A stretch of 64,000 nt of DNA from a virus, in IMG/VR virus record IMGVR_UViG_3300045974_000549, positions 3,499 through 67,498 of that record. One strand, 5' to 3'. The notes below the pieces were generated by a model. The model did no database searches. It worked only from the letters and a program-made list of their open reading frames with translations, and was not told where the DNA came from. Positions within the stretch are counted from its first letter, which is position 1; every line of letters starts with the position of its first letter. Positions 1 to 11,400 of this stretch are shown piece by piece. Made by a program: the position numbers and the translations under genes.

Positions 1-1031
1 AGGCAGGGAACGCACTTCCCACCTTTCACCTAGCGTTTAATACACAAGATGACTCAGTAATTCCACTTCTTAATGAGGGGAACACGCTGCAGGTATCTTT
101 TGGTAAAGATTTTAATTCAATTATTTCTGTGCCTCTTGCTGTCACTGGTATGGATGTACATAGAGAAGGACATAATAAAAACTTAATTTCAGTTACTGGA
201 GTTTATGGAGCAATACCATATCTATCCAATAATAAAGTATTGATAACCACTGCAAAGTCGGGTGTTGAAGTATTAAAAGATACTACCAAAAAATATTTCA
301 CTTGGATGGGTAACATTGACAAATCAGCAGACTCGCAGCAGTGGGCACAATACAACATTTCAGATAGAGCCTTCGTAAACAATGTGTGGATGCATTCGGA
401 TATTTCAAATTCATTCATAGCAGTGGGTATATCTTCTGACGGAAATTTTATCTGCAAGGATATTAAAAAAGACCTAGGCAATCCGTACACTTGGAGATTT
501 GGTAGAATTGTTGAAGATGATAAAAGAGATATTATCATCGATGGGGACCCAGCAGTAAATATAAAAACTGGTCTTATGAATGCTTGGATGGGATATGGTA
601 GAGAGAGATTGGTCTACAATATGGAGACTTCTCTAAATACTATGGTACTTGAACAGCAATCAGCGGTTACTGCAATCACCGCATCATTGGCTAAATCCAA
701 GGACGTACAAGCAAGGTTTGCATCAGTAGGTATACAGAACGATAATGTACACCCAAATTACTGGAGAGCATATCAACGAAACCTCACTAATTTATCTGCA
801 TTTCTTAATGTGGCAGTAACAGTAAGTTTTCAAAATAAGTTCGTACCGGTACGAGTTCTTGATCAGGCAATGTACAAGGCGAGTAGCCCTACTACTATGA
901 ACCAATCATCTGAGTATTTATCCGGTATCTACTACGTGACTAAGGTAGTCAGATCGGTTAACAATTCACAGATGGTAACATCAGTGCAGCTTAATAGGGA
1001 AAGTTTGAATCAAGTGAGAGTCGGAATGTAG
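1..1031 (+). CDS. Baseplate hub/tail protein (gp27/gpD-like), 5'-truncated by the window edge
   Basis: The frame of ORF 129..1031 is open back to nt 3. C-terminal 'YLSGIYYVTKVVRSV' is typical of hub proteins, and the gene sits directly upstream of the gp5-like spike. Confidence 0.6.
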   Translation, partial: AGNALPTFHLAFNTQDDSVIPLLNEGNTLQVSFGKDFNSIISVPLAVTGMDVHREGHNKNLISVTGVYGAIPYLSNNKVLITTAKSGVEVLKDTTKKYFTWMGNIDKSADSQQWAQYNISDRAFVNNVWMHSDISNSFIAVGISSDGNFICKDIKKDLGNPYTWRFGRIVEDDKRDIIIDGDPAVNIKTGLMNAWMGYGRERLVYNMETSLNTMVLEQQSAVTAITASLAKSKDVQARFASVGIQNDNVHPNYWRAYQRNLTNLSAFLNVAVTVSFQNKFVPVRVLDQAMYKASSPTTMNQSSEYLSGIYYVTKVVRSVNNSQMVTSVQLNRESLNQVRVGM

Positions 1032-1121
1032 CCAAAGATGCGTTTCTCTTGGCTACCGTCAAGAGTTTGACGTATATATCGCTATTTTGACATTGTAAAA
1101 TAAGAAAAAGGAAAGAAAACA

Positions 1122-2426
1122 GTGCTTGTACTATCAGATTTTATGAAACCAGTTAACACTTTGGGTGTCCCTTATAAGGGCAAAGTTGTTGATAACGCTG
1201 ACCCAAAGCGTCTAGGGAGAGTAAAAGTGTTAGTAGAAGGACTGCTTGAAGACCCTACACCTGCTAATCTACCATGGGTGTATCAAAAATCACCAAGCGG
1301 GATGGGTGGTAGAACAGACTTATCGTCGTTCTCAGCACCAGAAATTGGAAGTGAACTTATAGTAGAATTTCCTTACGGAGATATCTATGCGGGATTTTAT
1401 TCCGGATATTGGCAGTCAGAAGAAACTCACCAAGGATATTTGGATGAAGACTATCCACATTCATACGGGTTTCGTGACATCCAAAACACTTTTTTAAAGA
1501 TTAATAAGGCAAAAAAGATACTTGAGTTTCAACACGCGTCCGGTGCCCGAATGTACATAGATTCGGACTCAGCAATCGAACTCATGTCCGACAAAAAGAT
1601 ATCTTTCGTGTCAAAAGATGGAAAAACTGAATTTGCGTTCAATATGGACACAGGTTCGCTATCACTCAACCCCAAACAGTCTCTTGATGTTGGTGGAAAC
1701 TTACTCAACTTAAAATCTAAAGAAATCGTAGTAGACACTGGAAACTTGACTGAAACGATAGCTGGTGGACAAGATACTCAAGTGGTTGGTGGTAGAAAAT
1801 CAGTTATTGGTGGTGGAGACAGTAGATCGGTACTCGCCGATTCTGCTGAATCTGTTGGTGGTGACGAATCAAGACTTGTAGCAGGTAAACAAAGTGAAGT
1901 AATTGGGATGGGGACCGAAGTCACAATAGTGACTGTTGGTGAGAAAAAGACCATCATGCTTGGTAATTCTGAACTTGATATGATTCTTGGTAATTACAAA
2001 GTAAACACACTTGCTGGAGCACTTGAACTTTCTAATTTACTTGGTAAAGTGGTGGTTAGTGCAACAGGCGGTATTGAAGCCTCAAATTTGATGGGTAAAG
2101 TATCAATCAGTGCAACAGGAGCCGTGGAAGTTAGCAATAACTTAGGTTCTATGAAGATCGACGCTACTGGTGGGATTACAATGGATGCAGCAATGGCGAT
2201 GAAATTCGCGTCCATGATGACTGCAGAATTTTCAGGATTAATGCAAACAAAAATAGGATCTATGTCGGGAATGACTGAAATTGACGGAATGCTCGTTTCA
2301 GTTGGTGGTCCAGGTGGTTCACCTGCTGCATACTTGGGTGGTATGTGCATCGGAATTGGAAACCTTGGGGCACCAGTAATTTGTACAATCGCGCTTGGAT
2401 CAACTTCAGTATTGGTGAAACCTTAA
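1122..2426 (+). CDS. Baseplate central spike, T4 gp5/VgrG-like (OB-fold + beta-helix)
   Basis: 'YKGKVVDNADPKRLGRVKV...PW...PEIGSELIVEF' gp5 OB-fold pattern, followed by 8-aa and ~18-aa Gly/Val periodic repeats. Confidence 0.85.
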   Translation: MLVLSDFMKPVNTLGVPYKGKVVDNADPKRLGRVKVLVEGLLEDPTPANLPWVYQKSPSGMGGRTDLSSFSAPEIGSELIVEFPYGDIYAGFYSGYWQSEETHQGYLDEDYPHSYGFRDIQNTFLKINKAKKILEFQHASGARMYIDSDSAIELMSDKKISFVSKDGKTEFAFNMDTGSLSLNPKQSLDVGGNLLNLKSKEIVVDTGNLTETIAGGQDTQVVGGRKSVIGGGDSRSVLADSAESVGGDESRLVAGKQSEVIGMGTEVTIVTVGEKKTIMLGNSELDMILGNYKVNTLAGALELSNLLGKVVVSATGGIEASNLMGKVSISATGAVEVSNNLGSMKIDATGGITMDAAMAMKFASMMTAEFSGLMQTKIGSMSGMTEIDGMLVSVGGPGGSPAAYLGGMCIGIGNLGAPVICTIALGSTSVLVKP

Positions 2427-2427
2427 T

Positions 2428-3915
2428 ATGGCAATAGTTTTTGGTGATACAGAACTTAGAACAGCATCGTCGGAATTAGTTGGTTTACCAGCTAAACTGG
2501 CTAATATGGGAAACCAACAAGCCCAAGTGGATTCTGGTAAAGTAGATGCTTATAATAAAGACTTAACAAACAAAGTATTCTACGACGATATTAAAGGTAT
2601 CATTGCTAGTTATTTCGCAGAACTTCAGAATCTTGATGGTACAATAAAAACTGTATATAATGATACTGACATGGATGAAGCTGCACAACAGCACCCAGGG
2701 GCACATTTTCCAAACACACCTATTTGGAAAAACTTAGTACCAAAATTACTTGATGCAAACAATGGAAATCCAACCACTTCTACCCCGAATAATGAGTACG
2801 CTTCATTAGCGGCAGTGGCTACAGCTATTGACGTTCTTAAAAATGGGTTCAATGATGGGTCACTTAGCACCACACTAGCTACTGCTTACACGGCAGGCAG
2901 TGGTATAATTGATATTTATAGTGGATCTTTATCACCAGGCCAACGAGTAGTGATAGATTCAGGTGGTCACTCACTTATAGCATTAGTGGGTGCTTCAGGT
3001 GGTGATTGTTCAAACCCACTTTACACTGATGAGGCCGCATGCCTACTTCATGGTGGAACATGGACACCAACCACTAGTATTACAATTCTTTCTGCTGACA
3101 GAAGTTTTGGCAGTGGTGCTAGGGTAAGAACTTGGCATCCAGGTTTTACCAATAATGAACGAGAAGGAGTGGATACTCCTTACGCTCCGGAAGTTAGAGA
3201 CTATTTTGGTAGCCTACTTGATACTAATGTTGCTCTTTGGAAGTCTTATCTACAAGCAGAATTATCAGCACTTAATGCTAACGATGCGAGATCTCCGGAC
3301 AAAGCAGAAATTAACCAAACCAAAATAGATGTACAAGTACCGCTTACTAATATAGCCAACTACCAAGCAGCTCCAGCATTGGGAGCTGGGGTGGGTAGAC
3401 TCGGTAATAGCATTATCAACGTAATGTCACCCAATATTTCAACAAGAACTACCCAAATACCCGCTCGTGTTACTCAAATTAACACCAGACTGGGGTCGGT
3501 GTCACAAGCATCAGACGGTACGTTTTCCGGTACGGGGCAGTTTTATACCTTCTTCAAGTGGGTTGACGCAAGGTGTGATAAAGCTGGTGGTACACTCAAC
3601 GCTTATTATGGATATGACCTTACCAAAAAAGCAGTGGATAAAACCAAGGACTTGGGTCAAAACAAGCAAGATCAGTACACTCAAGTTCTTTTAGCAGTTA
3701 AACTTACTCAAGATGCTAACGGCACTGACACTGTGGTGATCTCTGATGCCTCAGGGTTTTCAGTTACTGATGTGGTATATTTACATGATGATAACACCGC
3801 GTTGGCTACTGTATCTACTACTATTTTAGCAATAAGCGGTAATAACATACAACTCGCTACTACAATTTCGGGATTTACTACTAATAAAACTGCTAGAATC
3901 GTTAAATATTTATGA
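2428..3915 (+). CDS. Virion/baseplate-associated structural protein
   Basis: 495 aa, T/S/G/N-rich, tightly packed in the baseplate operon. Confidence 0.55.
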   Translation: MAIVFGDTELRTASSELVGLPAKLANMGNQQAQVDSGKVDAYNKDLTNKVFYDDIKGIIASYFAELQNLDGTIKTVYNDTDMDEAAQQHPGAHFPNTPIWKNLVPKLLDANNGNPTTSTPNNEYASLAAVATAIDVLKNGFNDGSLSTTLATAYTAGSGIIDIYSGSLSPGQRVVIDSGGHSLIALVGASGGDCSNPLYTDEAACLLHGGTWTPTTSITILSADRSFGSGARVRTWHPGFTNNEREGVDTPYAPEVRDYFGSLLDTNVALWKSYLQAELSALNANDARSPDKAEINQTKIDVQVPLTNIANYQAAPALGAGVGRLGNSIINVMSPNISTRTTQIPARVTQINTRLGSVSQASDGTFSGTGQFYTFFKWVDARCDKAGGTLNAYYGYDLTKKAVDKTKDLGQNKQDQYTQVLLAVKLTQDANGTDTVVISDASGFSVTDVVYLHDDNTALATVSTTILAISGNNIQLATTISGFTTNKTARIVKYL

Positions 3916-4157
3916 GTGATTCTAAGTGGGTAACTCCAAAATGGAGTGGGTTAACTGAAAAACTTGATGTAATTAAAGATATCACATCAAATATGATTGA
4001 AACTGAAATTAAACGTTCGAATGAACAACTTGGGAAAATAAAGAATGTCTTGGAACAATACGGGAATTGGAAAGCCAGTGCCGCAAGAATTGGGAAACCT
4101 GCTGAACTCAGCGGGGGGAACAATAGCGACACTACAACCGATCCTGCAAACAATTAA
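3912..4157 (+). CDS. Small hypothetical protein overlapping the next gene
   Basis: ATGA-coupled to the previous stop; helical N-terminal ~52 aa; 113-nt overlap with 4045..4977. Confidence 0.5.
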   Translation: MSDSKWVTPKWSGLTEKLDVIKDITSNMIETEIKRSNEQLGKIKNVLEQYGNWKASAARIGKPAELSGGNNSDTTTDPANN

Positions 4158-4977
4158 ATCATTACTTCAGGTAGCTGAAGCTTTTTACCATGGGTCACTT
4201 GACCCTTTATCAACAGTGGTACAAGCACTTCTTACTGAAGTAGAAAACCTAGTGAATGATTTTTTCGCTACTGGTGTTTATACTTTAGTTGTAGACCCTA
4301 TTAATAGACCAGGCATTGTTAAATATGACTCTCTTGGAATTCCACTAATGACTCCAGGGCAAGCAATTTTCACTGCGTTGGATTCACTTGATGATAAAGG
4401 GGACCCCGCTCGTCCACAGTTTTCGGACGATGCACAAGTATCAGGGATTGGACTTTTGGCTTCAGCTCCTACTGTAGATCAATTTCTTACTCTGATTACT
4501 CAACTGAGTGGAATTTTTACAATCCCTCAATGGGAATTGGTGTTTAAGATTGCAAAAAGACATACAAGGACACCAGCGGTACCAACCCCACCTGATTGGC
4601 AAAGTTTGAGACTGAATTCAATTGCTGAAATGAAAGAACTACAAGACGTGCTGCTTGCTTTAACTCAAATGCTTAGAGGATACGCGGTAGTACCAAACAC
4701 TAATATTCAAGATTTGATAAATATTATTAACACAAAAATATCAAAGCTTCAGGATATTCTTAATACTATGAACTCTTTAATATCAGGACTGCAAAATACT
4801 ACTGGTATTTTTGTCATGAACATGCCAATAGACGTTGGTGGTAATAACAGAATAAAAACTTACTTGAGAGATTGCCCTATGGAAAGATCAACAAACCAAT
4901 ATTCAATTATGGCTTTGTTCATTGGTGGTGGAGCATCCCTTCAACCAGTTGATAAAATGCGAAGGATGATGGTATAA
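4045..4977 (+). CDS. Helical virion/baseplate protein
   Basis: 310-aa ORF of amphipathic helices, directly before the gp25-like gene. Confidence 0.6.
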   Translation: MSWNNTGIGKPVPQELGNLLNSAGGTIATLQPILQTIKSLLQVAEAFYHGSLDPLSTVVQALLTEVENLVNDFFATGVYTLVVDPINRPGIVKYDSLGIPLMTPGQAIFTALDSLDDKGDPARPQFSDDAQVSGIGLLASAPTVDQFLTLITQLSGIFTIPQWELVFKIAKRHTRTPAVPTPPDWQSLRLNSIAEMKELQDVLLALTQMLRGYAVVPNTNIQDLINIINTKISKLQDILNTMNSLISGLQNTTGIFVMNMPIDVGGNNRIKTYLRDCPMERSTNQYSIMALFIGGGASLQPVDKMRRMMV

Positions 4978-4978
4978 A

Positions 4979-5347
4979 ATGAGCATTTATTCAGATGTAA
5001 ACTCAATATCACCTACTACGCAGCAATTACTTGTTGATGTAGAAGATGTTTATCAGAGTTTATTTAATTTATTTAATACTCGCCCAGGGGAAAGGCTATT
5101 TGAGCCTGAATTTGGGTTACAGTTAGAAGAAGAATTGTTTGAAATCATTGACGATATTACCTCTGTGGATGTGTTTCGTATTGTAAACGAAGCTATTTCC
5201 CAGTGGGAAACTCGTGTAATAGTGGATTCATCAAGAACAGTAGTTACTCCAATGCCCGAAGATAACAAATACGATATAGTGCTTTACTTCAGCATCCAAG
5301 GTATTAGTGGACAAACATTCACTTACCAAGGAAGCATAACACAATAG
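4979..5347 (+). CDS. Baseplate wedge protein, gp25/gpW family
   Basis: 'LFNTRPGERLFEPEFG...AISQWETRV' GPW_gp25 signature. Confidence 0.92.
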   Translation: MSIYSDVNSISPTTQQLLVDVEDVYQSLFNLFNTRPGERLFEPEFGLQLEEELFEIIDDITSVDVFRIVNEAISQWETRVIVDSSRTVVTPMPEDNKYDIVLYFSIQGISGQTFTYQGSITQ

Positions 5348-5354
5348 GTAGAAT

Positions 5355-7454
5355 ATGGCAACAACGAACTTTATTATTAATCCGTCAAGTGTAAGCATGG
5401 AAGAGATTAGAACAGACATCAAGACTTATCTTGATTCTGCCCCTGATTCTCTAAAATGGAAAGACTACTTTGCTACGGGTTCAGGCAAAACTTTAATTGA
5501 CCTTATTGCTGGTCTTGGTGCGTTCTTATCTTATAATATCATTACTGGTAGAAGAGAAAACTACTTACCATATGTACAAAATAGGTCATCAGCTCTTGGT
5601 ATTTCCGAGGCTCTTGGTTATTCTGCATTCCGTGGGAGAAACGCCACTCTTACTGTAACTGTTCTACCAACAATAACTACTATTATCACCAAATTTTCAT
5701 CAATAGGTACTGTAAAAGATCAAGATTTGCTTGTTTTAGAAGATACCCCACTTGTTGCTGGTGTAGCTGTGTCTATTCCAGTGGTAATTGGTACTGTTTA
5801 CTCAGAATCACAAACAGTAACCACTACCGGACCTGCAGTGTTTAGATTTACAAAAACTGGAGTGTCACAAGACGTTCGAGTATTTTTAAATAGCACTGAA
5901 ATTGGTATATCAGAACACGTACTTGATTTAATGAACGAAAAATTCACTATTTTATCTAATGTGTATGGATCAGCTAACGTATCTTACTTAAACCTTGATT
6001 CTTTTGCTGTAAAATACAACATTGGTGATGTAGTTACTCTTTATTGGGTTGGACTTGTAGATACTCAGTTTTCTTCTACCGATCTTAAATTTGATTATGG
6101 TACATTAACATCTTTTGTGATAAATGAGAATTTTAAGGCAGTAGAAACTACAAGTTCTATCCAAGTTAACGCTCCACTTTTTAATGAAACACAATTCATT
6201 ATTCGTGGACGAGATGACTATATGAAAACATTTAGATTGCTAAATGTTGGTATAGTGGATACTTCGTACACAGATATTTCAGCTGCGTTAGTAGATTTGA
6301 GTTATGTGCAACAAGGCGGATGCCTATTTGCAAATTCAGAACTTAATCAATTCGTAAGTCAACTTGCTCTTTTTAGACCAATGGGACTTAAACCACCAAC
6401 AATTTCTCATCCAAACATTTCTTTTTTGAATTTGAATGTTGGAGTAAAAGTAAGTAGTTCTTCTGGAAACCCATCTACAGATGTGGGAACAGTAATCGCT
6501 GCAAAAGAAAATTTACTCGGTGCTCAAGTAGTAATAGATGACCTTGAGAATGCAATCGAAAGATACTCATATATTAAAATTGCAAGGGTTAGCATTGCTG
6601 GTGATACTTGGCAAGCAAGCCATTCTTATCGATATGGTAGACATGTCAAGTCGTCTCCTGATAATGGGCTTGTGTACAAGATGATTGGTTATACTCACGA
6701 TAGTGGGACAATTGAACCTACTTGGCCATCAGCTTTACCTTTTTCACAAACAGTTGATGATAATAAGCTTCAATGGTGCATGGTGAACTTAGATATTATT
6801 TGTCCACCAATTACCCCATCTGTTTGGCAAGCTAGCCATGGATACAAAATGGGTGACATCATAATACCAACCAGTGGAGCAGTAGTAATCACTGGTATTA
6901 ACGTTGGTTTCCAAGTATGTGGTATTGTTAATAAGTCAAAATCAGACACACCTGCAGTAGCATCTACATTCACTTATACTGGTGCCACAGTAGCTCATGC
7001 TACTTATGACGGGCACTTATTTGTTGCTTGCTTTGCGGGGTCTGCTGGTAACTTAATTTCATTAGTATTTGACGGAGTAATGACTGTTCAACAGGTAGTA
7101 GACGTTTGGAATACAGCAAATCCTACTAACTGTGTGAAGTTTTATCCATTATCCGCAGCTACCCATGTATGCCCAGCAGGTTCGGTTACACTTACTGATG
7201 GTAATAACTCAAGTTCTATCGGATTTACCGCGCAAACTGCAGGTTCTAACGGTAACAACATCAACCTAACTTTTGACGGATTTACTACTGCAGCGGACGC
7301 AGCTACAGCTTATAACGCATCACACCCAACAAATCAAGTTATGGCAGTAAGCACTAAGATACTTCCTATATCAACATCGATACAGCTTGAGGGTGGAGCA
7401 GTAATCATTTCTGGAGAACCTGCATGGCCAGGGTCTATTAATCCACCATGCTAA
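5355..7454 (+). CDS. Baseplate wedge protein gp6/gpJ-like with appended accessory domains
   Basis: 'LIDLIAGLGAFLSYNI...ENYL..VQNRSSALGISEALGY' gp6/J N-terminus; C-terminal WQAS-type and GxxGN-type modules. Confidence 0.8.
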   Translation: MATTNFIINPSSVSMEEIRTDIKTYLDSAPDSLKWKDYFATGSGKTLIDLIAGLGAFLSYNIITGRRENYLPYVQNRSSALGISEALGYSAFRGRNATLTVTVLPTITTIITKFSSIGTVKDQDLLVLEDTPLVAGVAVSIPVVIGTVYSESQTVTTTGPAVFRFTKTGVSQDVRVFLNSTEIGISEHVLDLMNEKFTILSNVYGSANVSYLNLDSFAVKYNIGDVVTLYWVGLVDTQFSSTDLKFDYGTLTSFVINENFKAVETTSSIQVNAPLFNETQFIIRGRDDYMKTFRLLNVGIVDTSYTDISAALVDLSYVQQGGCLFANSELNQFVSQLALFRPMGLKPPTISHPNISFLNLNVGVKVSSSSGNPSTDVGTVIAAKENLLGAQVVIDDLENAIERYSYIKIARVSIAGDTWQASHSYRYGRHVKSSPDNGLVYKMIGYTHDSGTIEPTWPSALPFSQTVDDNKLQWCMVNLDIICPPITPSVWQASHGYKMGDIIIPTSGAVVITGINVGFQVCGIVNKSKSDTPAVASTFTYTGATVAHATYDGHLFVACFAGSAGNLISLVFDGVMTVQQVVDVWNTANPTNCVKFYPLSAATHVCPAGSVTLTDGNNSSSIGFTAQTAGSNGNNINLTFDGFTTAADAATAYNASHPTNQVMAVSTKILPISTSIQLEGGAVIISGEPAWPGSINPPC

Positions 7455-7464
7455 GGAGTAAGTA

Positions 7465-7797
7465 ATGGCTAATACATACGTAGAAGACGGAGATATCCTT
7501 TGGCTAGCTATCAACAAGGTGGGAAATCCACCCGTTTGGCAGCAAGGCACTATATACAACATTGGTGACGTGGTAGTACCAGTGAACCCCGATTCTGGAC
7601 AAACAAACCTCGCGTTCCAATGCGTCGGGTTTCTTGGAAAGAGTGCAGCAGTCCAGCCCGTTTTCCCTACTGTTGGTGGAAACACTATAGTGGATGGGGG
7701 AGTTATATGGAAGGCTGTAGACCCTATTGCTAATCCGGATAAGCTTGCGTACAACGAATATTATGTAATTGAACAAAGTGTGACAATAAACCCATGA
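7465..7797 (+). CDS. Small virion protein with a Trp-rich CBM-like module
   Basis: AGGAG RBS; 'WQQGTIYNIGDVVVP...QPVFPT..DGGVIW' matches modules in the preceding gene. Confidence 0.65.
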   Translation: MANTYVEDGDILWLAINKVGNPPVWQQGTIYNIGDVVVPVNPDSGQTNLAFQCVGFLGKSAAVQPVFPTVGGNTIVDGGVIWKAVDPIANPDKLAYNEYYVIEQSVTINP

Positions 7798-8411
7798 GTT
7801 TGAATTTTAACAAATCTACCTTTACCAGCATCGACGCTATTCCTGAGAATCTCAGGAGCCTAGAACTTTATCCAAAAGTTACTGGTATGATTGATCATAT
7901 AGTAAAAAACTATGCTAAAGAATGGGAAGATGTAAAATACAAATACAGAGGTCCAGATATCGTCCGTGATGAAGTGGTTAAAAATATTATCACAGAACTT
8001 GGTTTCAGTTATATATCAGATGTAATGGATACATTAACTAATATTGAATTTAATACTTTACTTCAATTTATTTCTCTAGTTAGTTTACTTAAGGGTTCTA
8101 GGTCAGGGTTAGAGTTAATCTTAAAACTCCTTCGGTTTGAATATGTAATTAAAGAGTGGTGGGAGCAAGTACCGGAAAGTGACGTTTACACATTTGAAAT
8201 TGTCATTATTATGGATTCTAACATCGTTCCGGACGTGCAAAAGACTTTGGACAAAGTGAAGATATTTGCAAGGGCATACGTGTTTCCAGTTATGCAAAAC
8301 GTAGATTTCCAATTCAGCTTAGCTGTTGGATCAAGAAATATTACTACCGCTGGATTTTTCAAACCAATGTACTCAACAGACTCCGTAATTCAAATTATGG
8401 GTAGAATTTAG
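7794..8411 (+). CDS. Baseplate wedge/tail protein, P2 gpI (gp7)-like
   Basis: 'LLKGSRSGLELILKLL..VIKEWWEQ...YTFEI' pattern; canonical position between J and the fibre. Confidence 0.75.
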   Translation: MSLNFNKSTFTSIDAIPENLRSLELYPKVTGMIDHIVKNYAKEWEDVKYKYRGPDIVRDEVVKNIITELGFSYISDVMDTLTNIEFNTLLQFISLVSLLKGSRSGLELILKLLRFEYVIKEWWEQVPESDVYTFEIVIIMDSNIVPDVQKTLDKVKIFARAYVFPVMQNVDFQFSLAVGSRNITTAGFFKPMYSTDSVIQIMGRI

Positions 8412-8425
8412 CAAGGAAAAATATT

Positions 8426-11400
8426 GTGGCTATTTCAGGCGTATTTACCAATATAGGCGTTGCTAAGGCTCAAGAGGCTCAAAGCAATCAAGGATTCAAA
8501 ATCTACCCGACCGATTTTTCAGTGTCGGATGTTGCAGGTACATTAGACCCTGCTCGTACAACTCCCAATGTGGAATGGTTTTCTGCACCAATTTCATCAA
8601 GAGTAGTGATAGATTCAAACACAATTAAGTTTATCTGTACAATACCACCAGGGGCAATGGGTGTATCTCGTACTGTGAGAGAGATTTACATTAAAGGTGT
8701 AGACTCTTTGTCAGTGCCTTTCATCTTCGTCATTGGACAACCGTCGTCTCCTATTGAGTACAATCCATCGGGTTCACTTACATTAGAACTCCAAATCGCA
8801 CTTACAAATGCTGATTTATCTTCTATTATTAACTTTCAATTCACACAAGCCACAGAAATTGCTGAACATAATACCAGTCCAAACGCACACTCAGAAATTG
8901 TGGCCGCAATTAATAAAGCAGGTATTTACTATAACCAAGGTGCTGGACCTGAACCATTCAAATACAGAGGTCAATCATTTGACGAAAAAGCTGAATGGGA
9001 CGGAGTAAAAGCTACTGCTGCTTATAGTGGAGTTACTTGGACTGCTGATCACCAAGGAACAGATGGTAATGCAATTGTACTTTTATTTGATGGAGTTAAA
9101 ACTACCGACCAAGTAAGAGCTGCATGGAATAACACAAATCCATTCAACTCAGTTTCTCATAATGGTACTGGTAGCGAAATTCATGCATCAAATTCATTAT
9201 CACTTTCCGGTGGTACTTTACTGGTTTCTAATAAAGATGCAGTATATAAAGATGTAGATGGTATTTACAAAAGAGCAATAGCTGATGGAACAATCCGTTC
9301 TAAAGTTATAGGTTTTGCTGATTTTGATACACCAATCAAAAGAATTGTAAGAACTTCAGGTTTTATTACTAAAACCACTACTGGATTTGTAGCGGGGGAC
9401 AACATATTCTTGTCATCCACTACACCAGGTGCTATTACTGGTGTATCTACTTCTGTTCAAATGGGATTTGTAGTTTCTACTGACTTAGTTCTTATCGGTA
9501 CTGGTGGTGGAAGTAGTGGAGCTGCAGCAGATTTTGATGCTATTGTGTCTAATTCTCTTGGGTTCAAAAGATACTCAACTACTCAATTAGCAATTACTGC
9601 TGCACCTGATGGTGGTCGTATCCTAGTTGATAAGCTTGAGTCTATCCAAACTATGATTGACACTCAGAATAAAAGACTTGATATCTATTTTAATGGACCT
9701 GAAGCCGGATGGACCAAATATTTAGGTACAGCAGAAAAACAACATATTTCATTTTCTTCAGTACCCACATCTGGTACTTGGAGAATCGAATGGAACAGTC
9801 AACAAACTACTGATCTTGCTTGGAATGCATCGACAACTGCGATTGCAAATGCTATTAATTTGCTTTCCGGACCAGGGCTTCCAGTAACAGTTACAGGATC
9901 TTATGCAGCAGGATTTGATATTGAGTGGTCAAGTCTTCTTGATGTTCCTCAAATTACATTTAATCATGCTGGTACTAACCAAATTGAACGAGTTGCATTT
10001 TCAGACACACCTGATAACGGTACTGCAAGATTTTCATATAATGGAAATGAAACACACAACTTAGCATGGAATGATGATGCAGCACTTTTTAGTGTTTATT
10101 TAAATGAAACTACTGGTATTAACAATGTTGGGGTATCAGGTTCTTTTGGACTTAAGTATTTTGATATCGAGTGGTCAGGAATAGATGGTAAATCACCAAG
10201 ATCGACTCTTGCTAACGTAGCAGACACACTTACTAAAGGCGTAACACCAGTTACTGTTGGAATTACTGTCACTCAACAAGGGGTTTACCCAGCGTCTAAT
10301 CTTAAGGCATCAGCTACTCCAATTGCTATTACCGTACAAACGCTTGTTGGTGGTAGCGTAGTTGGACCTGGTACTTGTATTCAAGTAACTAAAGATTACA
10401 CAAGATTTGTAGGACTTGGATTGATGCAAAACTTCGACACTGGTATTGACTTAAATGGTCATATTGGTGTAGATGTCGAGATGGAATTCAATAATACGGT
10501 ACTCCCTATTAGCAACACTGGCCTTATCCCAGGCAGAGACTACCATACAGAAAAATCATTTGGTATTACTCAACAAAAATTGCACACAGTGGGAACATGG
10601 GGAGACCATGCTACGCTTTGGGATGCAGTAGCAGCAGCGGATGTTGGGGATAAAATTGTAGTGATGTCTGATCAGACATTAACTACTAATCAAACGATCA
10701 ACAAAGAACTTGAAATCATATTTACTCACGGAGCACAGATTAACTGTCCGGTGCATTTGTCCGGAGCCTTAATCACTCTTGGTACTCGTGTTCGTACTAG
10801 ATATATGAAACTAGTAGTTACTGGTACCGGATCATTTGATACTGGTTTCTTACTTACTGGTTCTCGTGGATATCATGAAGATCTTACATTAGAACTCTCT
10901 CATGTGGCCACTATAATGACCAATTGTTTTGAGTTAGGGTCTGGAGCTATGGCAATTTATTGTCATGGTATGATGGCTTGGGGATCGGCTACATTTACAA
11001 ATGGAATTCTTAACACTTCAAATTATGCATCTCATGATATTGTAATTAGAGATGTAGACAGTGGTAGAATTTATTCTGCAGTAGGCACTTATTCCCCTAA
11101 ACTTGAACAAGCTTCGGGGGTAGTTGATGGTGTTAACGCAGTTTTCACCACTACTGCAATTCCAGTAGATGCTATGTCTACTCTGGTTATGGTAGACTCT
11201 TTACCTAGATTTCCAGGTATTCATTACAATTTCGTTGGTAATGTAATAACATTTACTGCTGGTAATGAACCACCCCCAGGGGAAGACGTTTGGGTTTGGT
11301 ACCTGATTAATGGGGTATCGTTCATAACTAACCCTAAACATTTTGAAGTACAAGATCATGGGGTAACAGTAACTTATAACACCAGATACTTAAATTTTGG

